DNA of 64,000 nt from the IMG/VR virus record IMGVR_UViG_3300028805_000048. One strand, 5' to 3'. Below the pieces are notes generated by a model. That model worked only from the letters and a program-made list of their open reading frames with translations. It did no database searches and had not been told where the DNA came from. Position numbers and translations under genes: made by a program. Source of the DNA: a virus. Taxonomy: Duplodnaviria > Caudoviricetes. The stretch's first letter is position 1; each line of letters starts with the position of its first letter. Shown piece by piece: positions 60,738 through 64,000 of the stretch.

Positions 60738-61094
60738 ATGAGACCAGATCAGATGAAAACAATTCATAGAGTAATTAGCACTTTTGGTGAACGTAACCAA
60801 AAGATGCAAACCTTAGAAGAATTATTAGAATTACAATCAGCTTTATTTGAAAATGTACATCGTGGTACAGATAATCGTGCAAATATTGTTGAAGAAGTAG
60901 CAGATGTTGAAGTGATGTTAATTCAATTGAAACAAATGTTTGATATAACACCAGAAGAGATTCAAGAAGTACAGGATGCTAAATTGACAAGACTTAATCG
61001 TACAATTGAAAAGTATATAGCGAAACAAGCACAAGAAGAACAAACTGCTCAAAAATTAGTTCAAATAGATAGAACAACGTCAAATGGAAAATAA
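60738..61094 (+). CDS. MazG-like NTP pyrophosphohydrolase
   Basis: EELLEL...EEVADV. Confidence 0.75.
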   Translation: MRPDQMKTIHRVISTFGERNQKMQTLEELLELQSALFENVHRGTDNRANIVEEVADVEVMLIQLKQMFDITPEEIQEVQDAKLTRLNRTIEKYIAKQAQEEQTAQKLVQIDRTTSNGK

Positions 61095-61118
61095 TTTTGT
61101 TTAAATAGGAATTTTTAT

Positions 61119-61337
61119 ATGCTTAATTATTATGTAGACAATGATATTCAATGTGATATTTTAAATAACGAAAACAATTATTTATTTTTTGATATAGCTG
61201 AAAATACTATAGATAGATTAAATAAAAAATGTGAATTTATTCTTTCTAAACAATCACTTAAATGGTTGCCATACAAATTAGAATATAAAGAATCTGTTCA
61301 TATTTATATAAAGACATTTTATTTTAAAAAATTCTAG
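61119..61337 (+). CDS. Hypothetical protein
   Basis: 72-aa ORF with weak SD. Confidence 0.4.
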   Translation: MLNYYVDNDIQCDILNNENNYLFFDIAENTIDRLNKKCEFILSKQSLKWLPYKLEYKESVHIYIKTFYFKKF

Positions 61338-61361
61338 TTCAATATAATATCTTAATATTAT

Positions 61362-61865
61362 ATGAGGATTAGGATGCGAATATATACTGATGCTAGTACT
61401 AGATCTAAAATTTCTGGTTTAGGATATGTAGCTACAACTAGTAAACATCAAATAATCAAAAAAGATGGTATAGCTATAAATCAAAATGATAATAACACTG
61501 CTGAATTACAAGCTATAATTTATGCAATAGAAGAAACACAGTATAGTTTACAAGATAATGAAAAAATAATAATATTTACAGATTCTACTTATGCAATAAA
61601 TGCTATTAGAAATAATCATTATAGATCTGAAGAAGAACCATTGGTTAAAAAAATTCAAAATATGATAGAGTATAGTGATTATAAGCTTTTTCACGTTAAA
61701 GGTCATTGCCAAGATGGTACTATTTTATCACATTTCAATAAAAAAGCAGATAAAATGTCGAAGTTTGTTAGAAAAGAATATGAAAAAGAATTAGAAGAAA
61801 CTAAAAAACAAAAGAAATTATTAGCTATAGCGAAATCAAAACTGTTAAAAGATAATAATTTATAA
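61362..61865 (+). CDS. rnhA: Ribonuclease HI
   Basis: IYTDAS, NNTAELQAI, FTDSTYA, HVKGH, NKKADK. Confidence 0.9.
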   Translation: MRIRMRIYTDASTRSKISGLGYVATTSKHQIIKKDGIAINQNDNNTAELQAIIYAIEETQYSLQDNEKIIIFTDSTYAINAIRNNHYRSEEEPLVKKIQNMIEYSDYKLFHVKGHCQDGTILSHFNKKADKMSKFVRKEYEKELEETKKQKKLLAIAKSKLLKDNNL

Positions 61866-61938
61866 TTTTAAATAAAAAATGACTTTACAAAATTCATTTA
61901 ATATTTTATTTATATAATCAATTTGAAAGGTTAATTAC

Positions 61939-62169
61939 ATGAATAATTTATATTACATAAAATTAGAAAATGATACGATTGTTAACATGTATATCGCTAA
62001 AAATTTAAATGATGCTATTTTAAAATTTTTACATGATAATATATCTCATATTGGATTATTACAACTATTAGAAAATCATTTAACTTTAGATTTATGGATT
62101 AGAAAAGAGAATGAACAATCTAAAAAGATTAATGTTGATATAGACTATAACGTTAATATTAGGAGTTAA
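61939..62169 (+). CDS. Hypothetical protein
   Basis: SD AAGG; downstream of TTTACA promoter-like site. Confidence 0.5.
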   Translation: MNNLYYIKLENDTIVNMYIAKNLNDAILKFLHDNISHIGLLQLLENHLTLDLWIRKENEQSKKINVDIDYNVNIRS

Positions 62170-62171
62170 TT

Positions 62172-62639
62172 ATGTCTAATTTGAAAGAAAATTTGAAAAT
62201 CATAAAAGAATTAACAAAAATTATAAAAGATAATCCAGATTGGCGTTTTCAACAATTGTTATGGAATTGTGGAATAATTGGTAGAAATTATAATGATCAA
62301 GATAAATTAGAAATAGAAGATAAATTTTATGAAAATTCAGATACTACATTAAAAATAATTAAAAATTTTTTACAAAATAGTGAAGATAGGCGTTTAGAAT
62401 ATTTACATTCGCATTCTTTGATGAATCGTGAAGAATTAGAAAAAGGAATAAAATGTCATTGTTTTTGTTGTTGTACAGAATTTAATTTTTCAGAAATTAA
62501 AGAATGGACTGATAATAATAAGACAGCAATTTGTCCATATTGTAAAGTAGATGCCATTCTTTCAGCAAATTTAAATATAACAAAAAATGAAATAAATAAA
62601 TTAAATAAAAAATATTTTAAGAAATCAACAGTTCTATAG
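62172..62639 (+). CDS. Hypothetical protein with C-terminal Cys-rich zinc ribbon
   Basis: CHCFCC...TAICPYCKVD. Confidence 0.6.
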   Translation: MSNLKENLKIIKELTKIIKDNPDWRFQQLLWNCGIIGRNYNDQDKLEIEDKFYENSDTTLKIIKNFLQNSEDRRLEYLHSHSLMNREELEKGIKCHCFCCCTEFNFSEIKEWTDNNKTAICPYCKVDAILSANLNITKNEINKLNKKYFKKSTVL

Positions 62640-62736
62640 AATTATGATGAAAAACTTTGAAATTACATATTCAGATTCCTATAATCAACCTGAAAGTTTA
62701 GGTTGATAGGTTTTTGTATACAAAGTTTTTAATCAC

Positions 62737-62780
62737 AAAAGCCTGTCAAAAAAAAAATAAAAATGACAGGCTTTTTATTT
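62737..62780 (+). terminator. Intrinsic terminator before the tRNA array
   Basis: AAAAGCCTGTCA/TGACAGGCTTTT. Confidence 0.75.
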
Positions 62781-62868
62781 TAAGGCTTTACAAAAAAGAA
62801 ATTACATGTTAAAAATAATTTTGTTTGTAAAGAGTTATAAAGACATTGTAAATAGGAAACAATATTAT

Positions 62869-62960
62869 GGAGGATTGCTAGAGAGGCTTAATAGAGCGGT
62901 TTTGAAAACCGTCGTGGATGAAATATGCCACCGAGTGTTCGAATCACTCATCCTCCGCCA
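62869..62960 (+). tRNA. tRNA-Ser(TGA)
   Basis: Cloverleaf, long variable arm, TTCGAAT T-loop, encoded CCA. Confidence 0.92.
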
Positions 62961-62964
62961 ATAA

Positions 62965-63083
62965 GCTGCTGAGAGGGTTGTAGTAACTGTAGTTAAGAGA
63001 TTTAGAGCTCCTTAACAAAGCAGATTCCCATAACGGACAATGCTCAGTAGAATCTCTAAATGGATCGTTATAAAAACTACAAA
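62965..63083 (+). ncRNA. Unassigned structured (pseudoknotted) RNA
   Basis: Five complementary segment pairs, some crossing (see findings). Confidence 0.45.
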
Positions 63084-63087
63084 TTTT

Positions 63088-63183
63088 GGGGTGTCATATA
63101 TTGTAAGATACATGTCGGTCAGGCCTAGGGTACAAATAGAGGAAAGCTATATGCTGTGAATGTTTACCGTCACCTACCCCAAA
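63088..63183 (+). ncRNA. Unassigned rod-like RNA
   Basis: GGGGTG/TACCCC terminal stem with nested helices. Confidence 0.4.
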
Positions 63184-63194
63184 CATTTTTAAAA

Positions 63195-63268
63195 GCCGAA
63201 TTAGTATAATGGTATTACGACTGACTTGTAATCAGTTTATGGGAGTTCGATTCTCTCATTCGGCACCA
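63195..63268 (+). tRNA. tRNA-Thr(TGT)
   Basis: ACTGA-CTTGTAA-TCAGT anticodon arm; CCA. Confidence 0.93.
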
Positions 63269-63273
63269 TTTTT

Positions 63274-63350
63274 TGGAATGTAGCTCAGTTGGTTAGAGCG
63301 CTTGACTGTTAATCAAGATGTCGTGGGTTCGAATCCCACCTTTCCAGCCA
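63274..63350 (+). tRNA. tRNA-Asn(GTT)
   Basis: CTTGA-CTGTTAA-TCAAG; CCA. Confidence 0.93.
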
Positions 63351-63355
63351 ATCAC

Positions 63356-63433
63356 GGTGTTTTCGTTCAGTTGGTCTAGGACATCGCCCTGTCACGGCGA
63401 AGATCACGGGTTCAAATCCCGTAAACACCGCCA
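63356..63433 (+). tRNA. tRNA-Asp(GTC)
   Basis: TCGCC-CTGTCAC-GGCGA; CCA. Confidence 0.93.
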
Positions 63434-63441
63434 TTTAAGGT

Positions 63442-63538
63442 TGAAAAGTTTGGTTTATGGAACCTACTATCTAATAAACTATATACCTTTATTAGCATCA
63501 TGATTGTGTAGTAGGTATGCTAATATAAAACTTTTTCA
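63442..63538 (+). ncRNA. Unassigned kissing-loop RNA
   Basis: Two hairpins whose loops share an 8-nt complement, inside a closing stem. Confidence 0.5.
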
Positions 63539-63539
63539 T

Positions 63540-63614
63540 GCGACCATCGACTAATGGTTAGGTCATCACCCTTTCACGGTGGTAATAGGGGTTCAAATCC
63601 CCTTGGTCGTACCA
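63540..63614 (+). tRNA. tRNA-Glu(TTC)
   Basis: TCACC-CTTTCAC-GGTGG; CCA. Confidence 0.93.
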
Positions 63615-63618
63615 ATAT

Positions 63619-63694
63619 CCTCAGGTAGTTAAAGTGGTTATAACGGGGGTCTTATAAACCTCTATTCCTGGTTCGAGTCCAGGCCAGAGGACCA
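63619..63694 (+). tRNA. tRNA-Ile(TAT)
   Basis: GGGGT-CTTATAA-ACCTC; TTCGAGT T-loop; CCA. Confidence 0.88.
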
Positions 63695-63707
63695 ATTTAT
63701 TTTTAAT

Positions 63708-63784
63708 CGGGAGTTAGCTCAGCCTGGTAGAGCGCTTGCTTTGGGAGCAAGATGCCGTTGGTTCGAATCCAATACTCCCGACCA
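63708..63784 (+). tRNA. tRNA-Pro(TGG)
   Basis: CTTGC-TTTGGGA-GCAAG; CCA. Confidence 0.93.
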
Positions 63785-63790
63785 ATTTAT

Positions 63791-63876
63791 GCAAGGTTAT
63801 ACCGTAGGAGTAGCGGGACAGACTGTAAATCTGTTGTCTTTGGACTCGGGTAGTGCGACTCTATCACCTTGCACCA
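63791..63876 (+). tRNA. tRNA-Tyr(GTA)
   Basis: ACAGA-CTGTAAA-TCTGT; long variable arm; atypical T-loop TGCGACT; CCA. Confidence 0.88.
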
Positions 63877-63883
63877 GTTTTAT

Positions 63884-63963
63884 GGGGCGTTAAATCTGGT
63901 TCTAGAACAGATTGCTTAGGATGTAGATCCAAGATAACATGTGAAAATCATGTGGCCCCGCCA
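63884..63963 (+). ncRNA. tRNA-like RNA ending in GCCA, with no canonical anticodon loop
   Basis: GGGGC/GCCCC-G-CCA acceptor-like stem plus three hairpins. Confidence 0.55.
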
Positions 63964-64000
63964 AGTTAGGGAGTTTCTTGTAGTTCTTCTCCGTGGATAG

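Noticed and set aside
62965-63183. tmRNA, RNase P RNA or hammerhead ribozyme
   Set aside because: GAGGAAAG and CTGCTGAG resemble short motifs of these RNAs, but the T-arm/CCA, P4 partner strand and catalytic cores are missing; kept as unassigned RNAs
63318-63503. 61-aa ORF from the ORF track
   Set aside because: Overlaps tRNA-Asn and tRNA-Asp; spurious
1-64000. Stop-codon reassignment
   Set aside because: Genes are long and intact in code 11, TAA/TAG/TGA all end genes, and no suppressor tRNA is present in the visible array
1-64000. CRISPR array
   Set aside because: No regularly spaced identical direct repeats seen

Overview
An AT-rich 64 kb segment of a large contractile-tailed dsDNA phage with a T4-like gene set. 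A two-component spanin implies a diderm (Gram-negative) host. Layout: (1) + strand tail tube, tape-measure and baseplate genes (1.5-20.8 kb); (2) - strand lysis cassette, a long block of tail-fibre/receptor-binding genes including a 2791-aa fibre, and tail sheath (20.9-41.4 kb); (3) - strand acidic head-core-like proteins, two free-standing homing-endonuclease-like genes and a glycosyltransferase/Stealth-like set (41.5-54.4 kb); (4) + strand UvsW-like helicase, a gp41/DnaB helicase broken into two genes by a split intein, GMP reductase, MazG-like protein, RNase H, and an array of 8 tRNAs interleaved with unassigned structured RNAs (54.4-64 kb). Main unusual signals: the split intein whose C-half is fused behind a GIY-YIG nuclease; a recurring GTTCTA promoter-like motif that also defines an ORF-less ~125-nt RNA and two leaderless mini-ORFs; a probable +1/-2 frameshift before the tape measure gene; pseudoknot, kissing-loop and tRNA-mimic RNAs in the tRNA array; a 2-TM sensor-like gene heading the lysis cassette. 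All calls come from reading motifs and synteny by eye; no database searches or folding programs were run.
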